A DNA stretch of 63,580 bases, filler included, from Octopus bimaculoides (GCF_001194135.2; 5 parts of 5 records of this genome joined end to end with filler, not necessarily neighbours in it); one strand, 5' to 3'. Numbered from the whole stretch's first letter, positions 13,006 to 27,370 are shown. The notes: generated by a model not told the origin, from the sequence alone. Numbers and translations: made by a program.

Positions 13006-13180
13006 CTTTTTAAACCAGACAGTGTTTTGAAAAAACACCCACACAGATTGCACCTCTGATTTGCACTACCAATACCTGCAAGTAAGTTCTGCTCATTGTG
13101 GATCCTAACATGTCTTTTAAGACCCCCATTGGATTTGCAAACCCTCTGGCACACACCACATTCAAACGTGTGCACAGACA
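13006..13180 (-). mobile_element. Two C2H2 zinc fingers, probably the 3' end of a LINE ORF (RTE-like)
   Basis: FECGVCQRVCKSNGGLKRHVRIH and CNLCGCFFKTLSGLKS (cut by an N gap), followed on the minus strand by a (TATG)n tail. Confidence 0.55.
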
Positions 13181-15219
13181 TATAATCAGAATAGCTGGAT
13201 GAGGTTTGTTTTCCATGGGTTCGCAGGAAAACATACATACATACATACATACATACATACATACATACATACATACGTACGTATGTATGTATGTATATGT
13301 GTGTGTGTGTATGTATGCATGTATGTATGTATGTATGTATTATGTAAGTATGTAAGTATGCATGTAAATATGTATTTATGTATGTATATACGCATGTAAG
13401 TGTGCCTTTGTATCTGTGCTTGTTTACCACTGCTTGACAACCAATATTGGGTTGTTTACGTTCACGTAACTTAGCGGTTTGGTAAACGAAATCGATAGAA
13501 CGTGTACCAAGTTATAAAAAAGTAAGTGCTGGAGTTATTTCATTCGATTAAATATTCTCCAAGGCGCTGCCCCAGAATGGCCACAGTCTAATGGCTGAAG
13601 TAGGTAAAAGATAAAAGATAAATGTGTGTGTGAGAATGTGTCAATAGTTTTTCAGTAGTTTTGACACTTTTGTGTTGTTTGTCAATGGATGAGATTTTGC
13701 GAAATAGAAACAATCCTTCTCTTTATTCTGCTTTCATTAAACATAATAACGATTTTTTTTTTAAATTTCATTCAGTTTTTTTTTTGTTTGTTTGTTAATT
13801 GTTAAGGTCATGAGTAACTGAGTTGATACGGTGAGTGTGGACGAATAGTTCCTCCATGCTTGAAAACGACACTCCGGACATTCGGAGATATATCGGAATT
13901 TTCGTTCTATCCTAGATGAGATGAAATTAAGCCGAAATACTGCTCTCTGACGGTCCGCGGACGTCATTTGAAGCTGCGTGGTGTCCTATGACCCTTTTCG
14001 TAGTGCAAAGTAGTGAACTACTTGAACAGAGCTGGAAAAATAGACGGAACTATTTCACAAGAACTTTACTAGTCGACTTCGAGAGAGTAAATGAAGTTGA
14101 GACATTAATGGCATTTGAACTTAGAGCCCAGAGAGCCAGAACAAATACCACCAGTCATTCTATCCGATGTACTAAACGTTCTACCAATCCACCGCCTTCT
14201 CTATAGTCATTTATCATTGTTATATCAATTATTAGTGACACTTGCTTTATTTTATTTATTTATTTATTTATTGTTATCAACAATGATGCCACATTTATCA
14301 CGAGCAATCAGATGATTTGTCTTTATGCAACAACTCCATAATATTTCTAAAATGCCATTTTTTAAGAGCGGTGGAAGTTCATATGAGTAGCATAAAAGAG
14401 CTTTTTTCTCAAAGAACTGAAACTGGGTGATTCACTGCGTCTCTCTAAAATTATTTGGTTGAATAAACTGAAGGACATCCTGACGCCATATTATATATCA
14501 TTTTAGAAAGTACACCAGACATACCAACTTCGTAGAAATTGTAAATTTTTTCTTCTCAATCTCTCTGGGGTATAACCGGTTCTGGTACGTCGATTTGAGG
14601 TCTAGAACAAGTTGCATTTACTCAACCAGATCGAAGTTAGGTGGAATTTGTTTTATTTATATGTTGGACATCACGTTTGTTAAGGTGCTAGACATGTGAG
14701 AGCCTTTATAATTGTTCAATACGGTTATCTTCTGTACTATCAGTAATGTCTAATATGGTCATCCTTCGTGACGTCAACAGTATTCACCATGGTCATCTTT
14801 TGTTCCATCATCAATGTCTTCCATAATTATCTTCTGTGTCATCAGTAGTGTCCAAGACCTTCATCTGTGCCCTTTGCTCTTTTGTTTCTTGAAGAATGGA
14901 GGTGTTCCACTAAGAATATCCATTTGTTGCCCACACTTCTGTGCAAAGAACAGCTGGTGAGACATAGTAGCTGCAGCATCTGTAAAAATTCCTGGTGATG
15001 AGAAATCGTTGTAATCGATTGTGAGGGAAGTTTCCCTCAATTTGTCTCTTTGACAAAACTGTAGTCCAGTGTTAATCAAATATTAACAATGGTGATTTTT
15101 TTTTTTTATAAATACATCCCAGACAGATACCTTTTCATTACATCAACTAGCCAAAACTCTCACAGTTTCAAGCTTTGTGCCTAAAACAGAAAGAATTATT
15201 ATTATCATCATCATCATCA

Positions 15220-15304
<85 letters not shown>

Positions 15305-15786
15305 GGTAACGAGCTGGCAGAATCGTTTTCACGCTGGACGAAATGCTTAGCGATATTTCGTCTGTCTTNNNNNNNNNNNNNNNNNNNNNNNNNNNNNNNN
15401 NNNNNNNNNNNNNNNNNNNNNNNNNNNNNNNNNNNNNNNNNNNNNNNNNNNNNNNNNNNNNNNNNNNNNNNNNNNNNNNNNNNNNNNNNNNNNNNNNNNN
15501 NNNNNNNNNNNNNNNNNNNNNNNNNNNNNNNNNNNNNNNNNNNNNNNNNNNNNNNNNNNNNNNNNNNNNNNNNNNNNNNNNNNNNNNNNNNNNNNNNNNN
15601 NNNNNNNNNNNNNNNNNNNNNNNNNNNNNNNNNNNNNNNNNNNNNNNNNNNNNNNNNNNNNNNNNNAGTCAATAAAATAAGTACCAGTTGAACACTGAGG
15701 TCGCTATAATCGACTTACCCCTCCCCCGAAATTGCTAGCCTCGTGCCTAAATTTGAAATACTTAATTATTATTATCATCATTATTA

Positions 15787-15975
15787 AGGCGGCTAACTGG
15801 CAAAATTGTTAGCAAACCGGACAAAATGCTTGGCAGCTTTTCGTTCGTCTTTACGTTCTAAGTCCGAATTCTGCCGAAGTCGACTTTTCCCTTCGTCCTT
15901 TCGGAGTCGATAAAATAAGTACCAGTTGATCACTTGGGTCGAAGTAATTTACTAGCCTCACTCCCACAAAATTTC
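15787..15975 (+). mobile_element. SINE family A copy
   Basis: GGCGGCTAACTGGCAAAATTGTTAG head and family body, following an ATT repeat. Confidence 0.75.
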
Positions 15976-16380
15976 AGTTTTGGTTGTGGGCTAATCCCAA
16001 CGCTCCAAAGGGTGAAATGGATCACCAGAAAGGCTAAACATTTTTTAATTACTTGTTGTATACAATTGTTGTTATGAATTTTGTGTACTTAGTCTTGCGG
16101 TTATTGTTTTTCAGGTCAATCCATATGCCCATCCCGATCTACCCTTCCACACTCACCATATCTAATCAGTTTCTCATGACCTTAATTAAACAATTCAACA
16201 AAGTGGATAATTTTTTTGAAATAACATTCTTTCAAAGTCTTTATTATGTTTATTATGTTTATTAATGGAAGTTGAATAAAGAGAAAACAGAATTCTTATT
16301 TCACATAATCTCATCCATTGACAAACTGCCTGAAATTGTCAAAAACTACTAACACTCTCTCTCATGTGTATGTGTATTGC

Positions 16381-16465
<85 letters not shown>

Positions 16466-16908
16466 TGTGTGTGTGTGACGTGGTAAGACAATATGTCATC
16501 AGAATGTGATAATGGAGACAATAAATCGGAGATAATAAGCACGTTAACAAGTGTTAACAATTACATAATGGGGGAATTGTAAAGCTAACCCATAGTAACA
16601 GTGCAAGTAGGAAGGGAAGGTTACGTGGAAATAGATTTTTATTTTTATTTTTTTCTTCTTTATGTTTTTGCTTCAGATACAACTGGGATACATGTTTAGC
16701 ATTACGAGGACATACAGAAGCTTCTACCTGGTCTTCTACCTACCAGAAATAGCAACTAAATCTCCCCTCAATACAAATTTTACCATGTTGAAAAAGGACA
16801 TATACCCCCACACACCCTATAAATATTGTCTGAAAATAAGATGGAATGGTTGTGTTCGGAACCAGCGATAACCTGTAGAGAAGGCAAAATGACATTTTTA
16901 TAGTTAGA

Positions 16909-17042
<134 letters not shown>

Positions 17043-17394
17043 GACAAATACAAATACAGGTATATCAAATACCATACAACACAAATTCTTGATTTATTAA
17101 AATTATACCCGGTCATTATATCTGGCAATCATGACTAGCTCCATAATAAAAAGGGGAGATAATCTCAAGGACGAAGGACAGACTTATTGTTAGAAACAAG
17201 AAACGAGGTCGTGGACACATTTCATTGCTATAATATAATGAAGGTCGTATCCATATATGTTTTTTAGTCAACTCTGTAATGGCGAATTTAAACATTATAT
17301 CTTGGAGTATATGGTCAGGAGAATATGGTTCGAGCATGTGGTTAACAGTATATGGTAAGGAGGATAGGGTTAGGAACATATGGTTAGGAATATA

Positions 17395-17933
17395 TAGGGT
17401 GTCCCAGAATTAACTATCTATTTCAATGAAATCAGGAAAATCTAAATAAAAAAAGACTGGCAGAATTTTATGTTTATTACTTAATTATGATACCAAGACA
17501 AATAGATTTATAAATCCTACGTTAACACTTTATTGAAAATTTTCAACATGTGCTCCGTTTGTATCCCTGAAAATTTCAAATCTATCCTTAGCGTTGCGAA
17601 GCACATTATGAAGCATTTCAGGGGTTACCTCCTGCACTGCTAACTAAATGCGTTCTTTAAGTTCAGCTAAACTATTGCTCCATTCTGGGAGTGGAGGTAG
17701 GGGAAATGATTGCAGCGAAATTGAATTGAAAGCTGTTGTGGACAGATAAGCGGGGTCCTACAAGGATGAAAATAAAATTATAAAAAAATTATAAAAGTTA
17801 TAAAATTATAAACAAATTTAGGAATTTATACACTTTTAACATATATTAAACATGATAAACATAAATAAAAGAGGGGTTTTTTTTTTAATTGTCCGATTTC
17901 ACTGAAATAGGTAGTTAATTATAGGACACACAG
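17395..17933 (-). mobile_element. Internally deleted Tc1/mariner element
   Basis: About 45-bp TIRs (AGGGTGTCCCAGAATTAACTATCTATTTCA.. / ..TGAAATAGGTAGTTAATTATAGGACAC). The minus strand retains the transposase C-terminus SLAELKERI..AVQEVTPEMLHNV...TNGAHVENFQ. Confidence 0.75.
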
Positions 17934-18486
17934 CACGGTTAGAAATTTAATTTTTAATTTTATATGGTTAAGCGCATATTGTTAAGAATATATAGTTATG
18001 AGTATATAGTACAGAGTATATTGTTAGAAGCATACTTTTATGAGTACANNNNNNNNNNNNNNNNNNNNNNNNNNNNNNNNNNNNNNNNNNNNNNNNNNNN
18101 NNNNNNNNNNNNNNNNNNNNNNNNNNNNNNNNNNNNNNNNNNNNNNNNNNNNNNNNNNNNNNNNNNNNNNNNNNNNNNNNNNNNNNNNNNNNNNNNNNNN
18201 NNNNNNNNNNNNNNNNNNNNNNNNNNNNNNNNNNNNNNNNNNNNNNNNNNNNNNNNNNNNNNNNNNNNNNNNNNNNNNNNNNNNNNNNNNNNNNNNNNNN
18301 NNNNNNNNNNNNNNNNNNNNNNNNNNNNNNNNNNNNNNNNNNNNNNNNNNNNNNNNNNNNNNNNNNNNNNNNNNNNNNNNNNNNNNNACGTGGATAATTC
18401 ATATTTTTCAAATAGTTTGCCTTTTATATCGTTCAATTTATTTATGTATTTATTCATTTATTTATTATTTGTTTATTGAACGACAT

Positions 18487-18847
18487 GTGGAGGCGCAATG
18501 GCCCAGTGGTTAGGGCAGCTGACTCGCGGTCGTAGGATTGCGGTTTCGATTCCCAGACCGGGCGTTGTGAGTGTTTTTTGAGCGAAAACACCTAAAGCTC
18601 CACGAGGCAGGGGATGGTAGTGAACCCTGTAGTATTCTTTCACCACAACTTTCTCTCACTCTTTCTTCCTGTTTCTGTTGTACCTGTATTTCAAAGGGGC
18701 CATCCTTGTCACACTCTGTGTCACGCTGAATCTCCCCGAGGATTACGTTAATGCTCAGCCACTTGCACGTTAATTTCACGAGCAGGCTGTTCCGTTGATC
18801 GGATCAACTGGAACCCTCGACGTCGTAACCGACGGAGTGCCAACCTG
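18487..18847 (+). mobile_element. SINE family C, full length, 12-bp TSD
   Basis: tRNA-like head GTGGAGGCGCAATGGCCCAGTGGTTAGG. TSD ATTGAACGACAT at 18475-18486 and 18848-18859. Confidence 0.92.
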
Positions 18848-19456
18848 ATTGAACGACATAACCGACAAACTATATGAATTATTCACGTGACATTGTAACG
18901 GTCTTTTTAAGATTCATTCTAAAACAATCCAGTTGTATAAATCAACAGCTCTTCGATCTGTAACTAGTTTGATGTGTGTGTGTGCGTGTGTACGACAAGC
19001 TTCTTTCAGTTGCGTCTACACTAAATCCGCTCACAAGGCATTGCTCGGCCCAAAGCTATAGTAAAAGACATTTGCCGAAGGTGCCAGTGGGACTGGACCC
19101 GGAACCATGTGGTTGGGAAGATAACTTCTTACCACACAGGTACGCCTAAGCCATGTTAACGTGCACAAATATATGGTTAGGAGTACATGATGAGTATATT
19201 TCTGAGACACTGAAAAACTAATTGTTTGTGAAATAGGTCTCGAAAATCTAATTTTCTGTCTTCTTTTTATTTTTGTTAACGTAACGTTTCTCTCCTCTTT
19301 TTCTCTGATTTTGCATCTTTTACTTCTGATTGTGTAATTTTAAATGAACGCAGAATATGACAAAAGGTAGAATCCAAGGAACTTGCATCCCTTTATCCCT
19401 GTATGTATGTATCTATAAACCTACGCCTGAATGTGTGTGTATGCGTGTGTCTATGT

Positions 19457-19504
<48 letters not shown>

Positions 19505-19638
19505 GTGTGCGTGTGTGTATGTCCTGCTCGTGTAAACATTTATTTAGACGTCTAAATAACGTTTGTTTTGTAATACATATATATATATACATATACTAAT
19601 TATATAATAACATATCATAATAATAATAATATATATAT

Positions 19639-21570
19639 CCTTTATCCTTTGCTGGTTTCAGCCCAGGGCTGAGATCATGCTGGTGCACCACCTGTAGTTA
19701 CTTGGTGTTGTTTCCGATATTGTTTTTGGTGAAGTAGCGAGATGGACGGAGCTGCTCTTCTTTGTGTCTCCTGCCACGATATCGGTTCATCTGGTATCTC
19801 AGACGTTCCTTGAAAAGTTCCACATCAACACCATGTAGATCTCTAAGGTTGCCTGGAAGGGTGTTAAAAAATTGCGGGCCCTTGAAACCCAGACTGTTGC
19901 AGTACTGTGTCCTTATTTTAGATGGGGAAGACGGGATCTTTGGTATGATGCAGTGCCGTCCAGTTCGAGGGTTGGTATAGCTGTCAATTCCAAAATTGGG
20001 AGCTTAACCCTCCAAGATCATCCAAATATATATCACCGCATATCTCTCTCGTCTTCTCTCCAGGGAATAGAGATTCAGCTCCTTTAGCCTCTCCCAGCAG
20101 CCCATCTTTTGCATCGAATCAATCTTCTTTGTGTAATGGTGCTGGATTGCTTCGAGTTCCAGTTTGTTTCACACTCTCTGGGGACCATAGTTGGGTGCGG
20201 TAGTCCAAGAGGCTGAGAACGAAAGTCTCCCATAGGAGTAGTAGGGCCTCCCTTTTCCTGGTTCTGAACGTCCTCAGAATTCATTCACCTGCAGTGTTGC
20301 CATCTTGGTAATATGCACATAGAATGTTACACCATTGCTCGTGTACCCCCAGGTCATGCACCGACTCTGACTCTAGGATCATATTACTTTCTGGTCCAGT
20401 GTATTCCGATTTTGCCTGGTGTTGGACCGATAGTGGAGTGCCAGAAATTTCATAGCATTGAACTGCATGTTATTTTTGTTAGTCTTTCTGCAGTTTTATG
20501 ATGTCCTCTGGATTTCTAACTGCCTGCAATACTTTTGTGTCGTCAGCATAAATGGTCAGATTGGCTGACTGTACCGCGGAGGACATGTCTGAGAGGGCCA
20601 CCACAAATAGTAGCGGCCCCAGTACAGTTCCCTGTAGGACTCCGGTGATAATTGGTGTCTCTCCAGAGTGAGCATCATTGGCTACAACTGTATGACACCT
20701 GCCTTTCAGAAAATCATGCAGCCACTCTCCCAGCTTCCCGGTAATACCAAAAGATATATCATTCCATGATCAACTTTGTCGAAGACCTTGGCAAAGTCGA
20801 GGTATATCGCGTCCACAGCTGACTGGTTTAGCTGTTGCTTCAGTACCCAGTCAAAGTGCTGCAGCAACTGTGTGAGGCAGCTTCTCCCTGGACAGAAGCC
20901 ATGTTGCGTGTTTGTGAGAAGGTTGTTTTCTTCTAGGAACGTGATCAGCCTTTTTCTGACAATGCGTTCCATTGTCTTGCTAACATGTAAGGTCAAAGAG
21001 ATGGACCTGTAGTTTTTAGCATCTGTTCTGCTCCCTCCTTTATGGACAGGGCATATTGTATCCTCTTTTAGCATGTTGGGAAGTTTACCACATACAAGGA
21101 AGCTCTGAAAGAGTATATGCAGTGGCTTTGCAAGAGCCTTTTTACATGTCTTTAAGAGAACAGCTGGGAGTCCATCTGGGCCTGTTACTGAGTTTCATCT
21201 CATCTCATCAATGGCCGATATTACAACCTCTTCTGTTATGTTGATGTAGTCGATGGTTACCTCTTTTCCGAATAGATTCGTTGCATTGAAAAACTTCTTC
21301 GGCTTGATTATTTGCATATTTTCCATTGGAGAAGTGAAAACACTTCGGAATTGTTTATTTAGTGCTTCACTTATCTTCCTCGGGTCTGCAGTTAGTGAGC
21401 CATTTTTACCAAATAGCAGCCATATCTTATAGCGTACTGAGGCAGACTCCTTTGCCAACGTGTAGAAGGATTTAAGATTTTTTTTTATATTTTCGACTGC
21501 CCAGGTTTCTCTTTCCTTTTCATGGGAGATTTTGAGTTTATTTTCTACCTCGAAGAGTTCCTCAGTCAGG
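19639..21570 (-). mobile_element. CR1/L2-group LINE, 5'-truncated and frameshifted reverse transcriptase
   Basis: KNYRSISLT, QHGF..GRSCLTQLL, YLDFAKVFDKVDH, GVLQGTVLGPLLF and IYADDTK motifs on the minus strand. Confidence 0.92.
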
Positions 21571-21879
21571 TGTGTGTGTGTATGTATATGCATGATGAGT
21601 ACAGGACGTAACCAACTGTGTAAACAACATGAAGTACAAAATCAAACGAGTTAAATATGCAAACAACGAGAGAAAAGTGGAACGCAGAGAACAACCCTTC
21701 ATCAGTTGTCGGTTGTCTATCTACTCCTCATTTTGAGCATTCAACGACAATATAAGTTTTCGAAGACAATTGTTCCCATAAGTCCCAAAATAGGGTCAAA
21801 GTTTGGAAAAAAACAGTACAGTGGAGACATACATATTTATATGTATGTATATGTATATATTTACATGTATGTATGTGTA

Positions 21880-21943
<64 letters not shown>

Positions 21944-24900
21944 TATATATATGTATATATATGTGTATGTATGTATATGTATATATGTGTGTGTGTGTGA
22001 GTGTGTCTGTGTTTGTACCCCTACCATTGCTTGACAATCGATGTTGGTGTGTTTACGTCCCCGTAACTTAGCCGTTTGGCAAAACACACCGATTCAACAA
22101 GTACTAGGCTTACAAAGAATAAATCCTGGGGTCAATTTCTTCTTCTAAAATCGGTGTTCCAGCATGGTCACAGTCACATGACCAAAAGAAGTAAAACAAT
22201 AAAAGATTATGCCATTTTAACCCCGAGCAAAGCCGGGTATCTCTGCCAGTATATATATAGGGTAAGGAGCAGAGAGGATTTGGTCCAAATTCCACAGTTG
22301 TCGTTTACTACCAGCTCTGTCCTGATTGTGATAGCTTAAAATTTAATGCAAGCCAGAAGTGACTATCCAGTCTTATTTTCAGACATAGAATAATTAGGAT
22401 TACCTTTTTTTTATAATGTATCCTGCCTTGTTTAAGACGATAGAGGGATTTAAGAATGATTTCGTTGCTATTTCTCGTAAGCCGAAGCCTGCCTGTTTTT
22501 GTCATGTTCTCCAATTTCACAGTGGGACTAAATGTATATTTGGTCTCACTAAATACATATATGAGTCTGTATTTATTTATAACCCATGCTGTGCTGGTAT
22601 TGTATTAAGATTCAACAGTTTGTATTCTTTGGTGTATAACAATCGATTTATATCATAATGAAAGCTAATTTCTAACATAAAATGCAATAACAAACTGCCC
22701 TAATTAAGAATGCTTGGCCAAATAAAAGGTTAAAATTCCAACAATGTTCACTTATATAATTCTATTCATTGCAACGTGAAAATTACGTTGTAAAAGTAAC
22801 TAAATCGCTTTGTTTCCATTTTAGTAATTACTGTCTTTTCAGACGAAATCAACGTCATAAACCATGGTTTTCCGTCAATCTTTTCTCTACTTCTTCCATA
22901 ATTCGCAGTCAAGTAACCAACTCGTTGCCAAATAATTTAGGTCAACTTAGAAACCAGTTTGATTTTGAAATTTTGTTTTCATTTTAATCTTATAGATGTT
23001 TCATAAGATCGATAGCATCCAAGACGCCTTCGTAATTGTTACGGAACAGAGCCAAGAATATAAGCTATAGTAATGTTATGCAATAAAGACATTTTCTGAC
23101 AGTATTGTAAATCTGTCTGGAGTGGCTCTGATGAGGGAAAGCAGGTGGTGTTAGTTAAATGACGGTAAATTCATTATTTCTATTGTTGATTCTCTACAAC
23201 TTTTCTTTGATACTGCAATTAGAGACATCTTCAAGAATTATTTAAGTTTTGAAATCAAAGGCCCTATTGTGATAAGTTATTTTCCTTTTTTCTCAAATTC
23301 GCTTTGAAACGAACTCAAAAAAATTAAAGTCAAAACATTTTAATCCAATTTAAACTTTGGAAAAATCATGGCACTTGGTTTTAATTCTGTTGTAAACATC
23401 GAAAATTAATGACTTAATTAAGGATGTTAAAGACCTGTCTCTGACAATACTAACAATTGTGAAACATCCATAGTAAACTGTGTAATTCAGTATCAAAAGA
23501 GTTTCTGTCAGTTACTACTGTGTTATACAAGGTAGTATTGTGTTGTGAAACAGGGTTCTACGATACGTTGTGTGGATATCATATAGAGTAAAACTGCTCG
23601 TAAGACACACTAATAGGTTAAAGATTACCTGCTGTGTTGTAATATCGTAGATGTTATTTGCTCTATTGTTAGATACACGAGTATGGCAGGTACTATGCCC
23701 GAGACATATTGTGCTGTAGGTACCCTGTGTTGTGAGACACTCTAATTCGGTCAATTAGAATGTCTAATTCGGTAAATATAACGTGATGTGTTATTGAATA
23801 TTAGTGTTCTTGGTAACTTTAGACTATCTGACAAAGGTCCAGGTTTTTATTGTATTGTGGAATTGAGGCAAGTGCAAAAACATTGTTCCAACAGAGGATT
23901 GTTATTGTGTTGTCTGTTATTAGTTACGCAACATTCACCTCTGCTATGAACATTCTGTTAAACTTTCTTAAAAATACAAACATACATGTAAATATGCAAT
24001 ACAATTCAAAACAATTAATTCCATATTTATTCAATATTCGATGAAAAAAAAAAAAAAGAAACTTTAACGTTTATCAGATTATCAAGATTGGTAAATTTCT
24101 ACAAGATTTTTAGCTTCATAATGAAAGATTTAAAATGTTATATTTAGTAACCATAGTAACTCCATTACCACCGTATCACTGTTATCTAATCTTAGATATC
24201 ATACTAAGTACTTTACACATCAATAAAAATCACAAGTAGTGAATAGGTTTGTTAAAGTAATACTAGATTCTCTACCTACTAACAAATCTTTTTCGAATTA
24301 TTAAAACTGGTGTTCATTACATTTTTTGCACAAAATTTATATGTTACTCTTAACCACGTTTCTCCAAATTTATTAGAAATACAGCAATAATATTTCTAAC
24401 CAATTTCACAGCACAAGATAGGGGTTAACCATCTCTTTCTGAAAATAACACGTAAAAACCTTGACATCATAACTCAATTATATCTTGTCCTACTATTCCG
24501 ACAAGTGCTGGAATATAATCAAGGAAGACCTTCATATCTACCAATCAAAATAGTTTCTATCTAGATAACAGCCAAAAGCTAAGAGGTCAATTTTGTACCT
24601 ATATTTATCTACTAACTTACACTGTTTCAGATTCTGTAAAAACTTTCGACTGTTGACGTTGAAAGAGTAGAAATGCCGAGAGATTTAGTTTTGAGACGGC
24701 AACTGCAAAAAGTCGATTAATTAATTATAAATAAACACTGTCACATCTTATATCTAACATATCATCATTTAGTAAATTATTTTGGTTTCCAAATCTACTT
24801 TATACCTATGTCAAAAGAGCATTAAGACTACTCCTATAGAAACATGCTGGTAACAGCTGAAGTTCGCAGAACTTTGTATTTAATTATGTAAAACATAAAT

Positions 24901-24967
24901 TGATCACAAATCTTGCACGAACTCACGTGATATTGAGTATAGCAATGCAATGTTTTCTCAACAATTA

Positions 24968-27370
24968 CACGATGAAACAAAATGCTTACATTTATTTTAT
25001 TATTGAGCAATAACTATTCTTTACAACTATAATGTGTAGGAAATGGCAATTATCATCAAACTTTCCTCATGTTTCCTGGATAATGATATTTGGAAATTTA
25101 CAAATTTTACAGTACATTCCAAACAGATTCATCTGAGAGAGAACTTTCTCAAAATTTTAAAGAAGTTTCAAGAAGTTTCTAGAGTTTCCAAAGACTTTCA
25201 AGAACTTTCAAGAATTTTGCAGAATTTTCAACTCATATCTAAATTAGTATCCATATACAGGGTCACTAATATCATCAGTTCTGTGTATTCAGTTACCTAA
25301 GTGAATAGACCTATCAAGATTTATCAGATATGGCGTCAAAAAGATGCAAGCAAGTGGCCACATTTTGCTATGTATTTGTTCATATTATCAAGGCAATGGC
25401 AAAAAGGCACTACTCTGTAGCAGCGTCCTTTAAAATAGTGAGACGTACAAGGTGTACTTCGGCATATCTGTCGGGGATCAAGACCAACTCTGAGTACTTC
25501 ATTTCACCTCCGAGCACCGTAAAAGCTCTATGAGGAGTAATGTACAATTTCGATTATTTGAAAAGTGGATATTTGTGTTATAAAAAAAAAAATTAGAATT
25601 TTTAAAATAACATTTTTTATTTTTTTAATTTCTAATGTTATAGAAAAATATATCATATATGAAATATGTTATGAAAACCTCAATTGAATTAGTCATAGAT
25701 AAAATGAATCTATTGTTTTCTTAATTTTATTGCTCTTTTGCAGGTTGGTGTAGAGAGGAAACGCGAACAATGTCGTTCGATATTTCAAGAAATTGAAAAC
25801 TCACCGCCCACTGAAACAATTGCTACTCTGCATTTGGACCCTTTGAAAAGTCGACTGGTAGGAATGCGTCTGTCATCATGTATCCGGACTTTCCATCAAA
25901 CATCGCCTAGGCTCTACATTACCCTAATCACATAGTGCCTGCTCTGCTGGAAAGAAAGAGTAACCGTCTTCAGAAGAGAGCAGTAACAGAGCATAAAGTA
26001 AACACTGCAGATACAGACTGCAACATCAGAGGTACAGCTAATGTGAGAAAGCCATACTACTCCAAACAAAAAAGACCTCTACGTCATGATCAGAGTTGAT
26101 CTTACAAAGGCTCAGGTAGTGGAACTGGTTCGATGAATGTGTAAAAGCCGCAAATCAGGAAACGCTTTACCTGGGGGTTTTAAGGCTATTCATCCATTAA
26201 AATTGGATCTGCTTCTGCTAAAATGTAAGCAATCTGTTGCTGACAATCGGAATCGCCTGTAACCTAAACGAGTGGCGCCTCTTCATTTACAGCTTATCCT
26301 AAAGCCTCAAGGCTGTGCTTGTGCCATAGTTGAAAAAGTCTTTTCGTCCAGCTCACTTAGTACAACTCAAAGAATGGCACAACAGCATCAAAATCTTGCT
26401 AGATATCTTGAAATATGATGAGTATGGCAGGAAAGTTATCAAACATTTCAAAATGGTGACACTCCTGATGGGTCTACAGGGCATTTTTTTACTAACTTCT
26501 CTTGTTATTGTTGCCTTTGAAACATCGTGGCGCCCTATGGAGAAGAATAACGTCAATTGTGAACCATTGATGAATCCTAGGAAAATATTCCTCCACCACT
26601 ACACAACAAATTTAGTCTTATGAAGAAATCTGGCTTAAGGAGTCTGCCACCTTTAAGTTTCTTCAATATTTCTTTCCTAAGGTTCCTGAGGTAAAGATCA
26701 AACAGGTGTCTTTTTCGGAACACATATATAAAAAGATTCTTTATGCACGAAATTTGCGAAGATGCTCATTAATAATGATAAAAAGAATGGGGCAGCTTTG
26801 TTGCAGTGATTCAAAGGTTCCTGGGCAATCACAAGGCAGGGAGTAAGTGGAACTGGCTGAGACTATAGAGAAGAATGACAACAAAGTGGGCCACAGAATA
26901 ACCCTGAGATCTCATATCCTTGACATTCATTTTCATTAATTTAAGTATGGCATGGGAATGTACAGAGATGAACAACGCAAGCGCATCCGCCAGGTTATAC
27001 TGATGCTTGAACGATGCTACAAAGTAACTTACAACGAGAGCATGATGAGAGACTATATTTGGAGATTGATACCTGAATGTAGTTTATACTACGATCGCAA
27101 ATCTTGGAAAACTTCTCACTTCTAAACATTAGTATAAGCTGTCGTATAATCTAAGCATAAATTAGTGTTAAATTTGATTCATATAACGTTTCTTCTGACC
27201 TTATGTAAATGAATACACGCAAATTTACCCGTTTTACCATACGAAAATATCATTATCCAGGTCACAAAAGCAAAGTTTAAGGGAAATAATAGCCATTTCT
27301 GTACTTGTTCAACACAAGCAATTAGCAAATAACGCTTACTACTTAGGAACAAAAAGTGTGTTGCATAATG
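24968..27370 (+). mobile_element. Chapaev3 (CMC superfamily) DNA transposon, full length, degenerate
   Basis: Termini CACGATGAAACAAAA / TGTTGCATAATG flanked by TTA on both sides. Transposase remnants 25330-27125: MASKRCK..FCYV, YFGISVGDQD, LLDILKYDEYG..HFKMVTLLMGLQG, ending RDYIWRLI..DRKSWKTSHF-stop. Confidence 0.88.

Noticed and set aside
16662-16871. 69-aa ORF behind a TTCAG acceptor
   Set aside because: Stop in the phase needed to join exon A, no donor, and it resembles dispersed repeat sequence.
21689-21775. Permuted (type II-like) hammerhead on the minus strand, with a homolog near 56440-56500
   Set aside because: CTGANGA, GAAA, an NUH triplet and stem I are present, but stem III mismatches at 15.2-16.2 in both copies and is not palindromic.
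22862-22910. Candidate start exon MVFRQSFLYFFHNSQS ending in phase 1
   Set aside because: Weak donor (GTAACC) and a hydrophobic core too short for a signal peptide.
23480-24900. Possible mitochondrial insertion (NUMT)
   Set aside because: AT-rich, but I found no recognisable mitochondrial rRNA, tRNA or protein motif.
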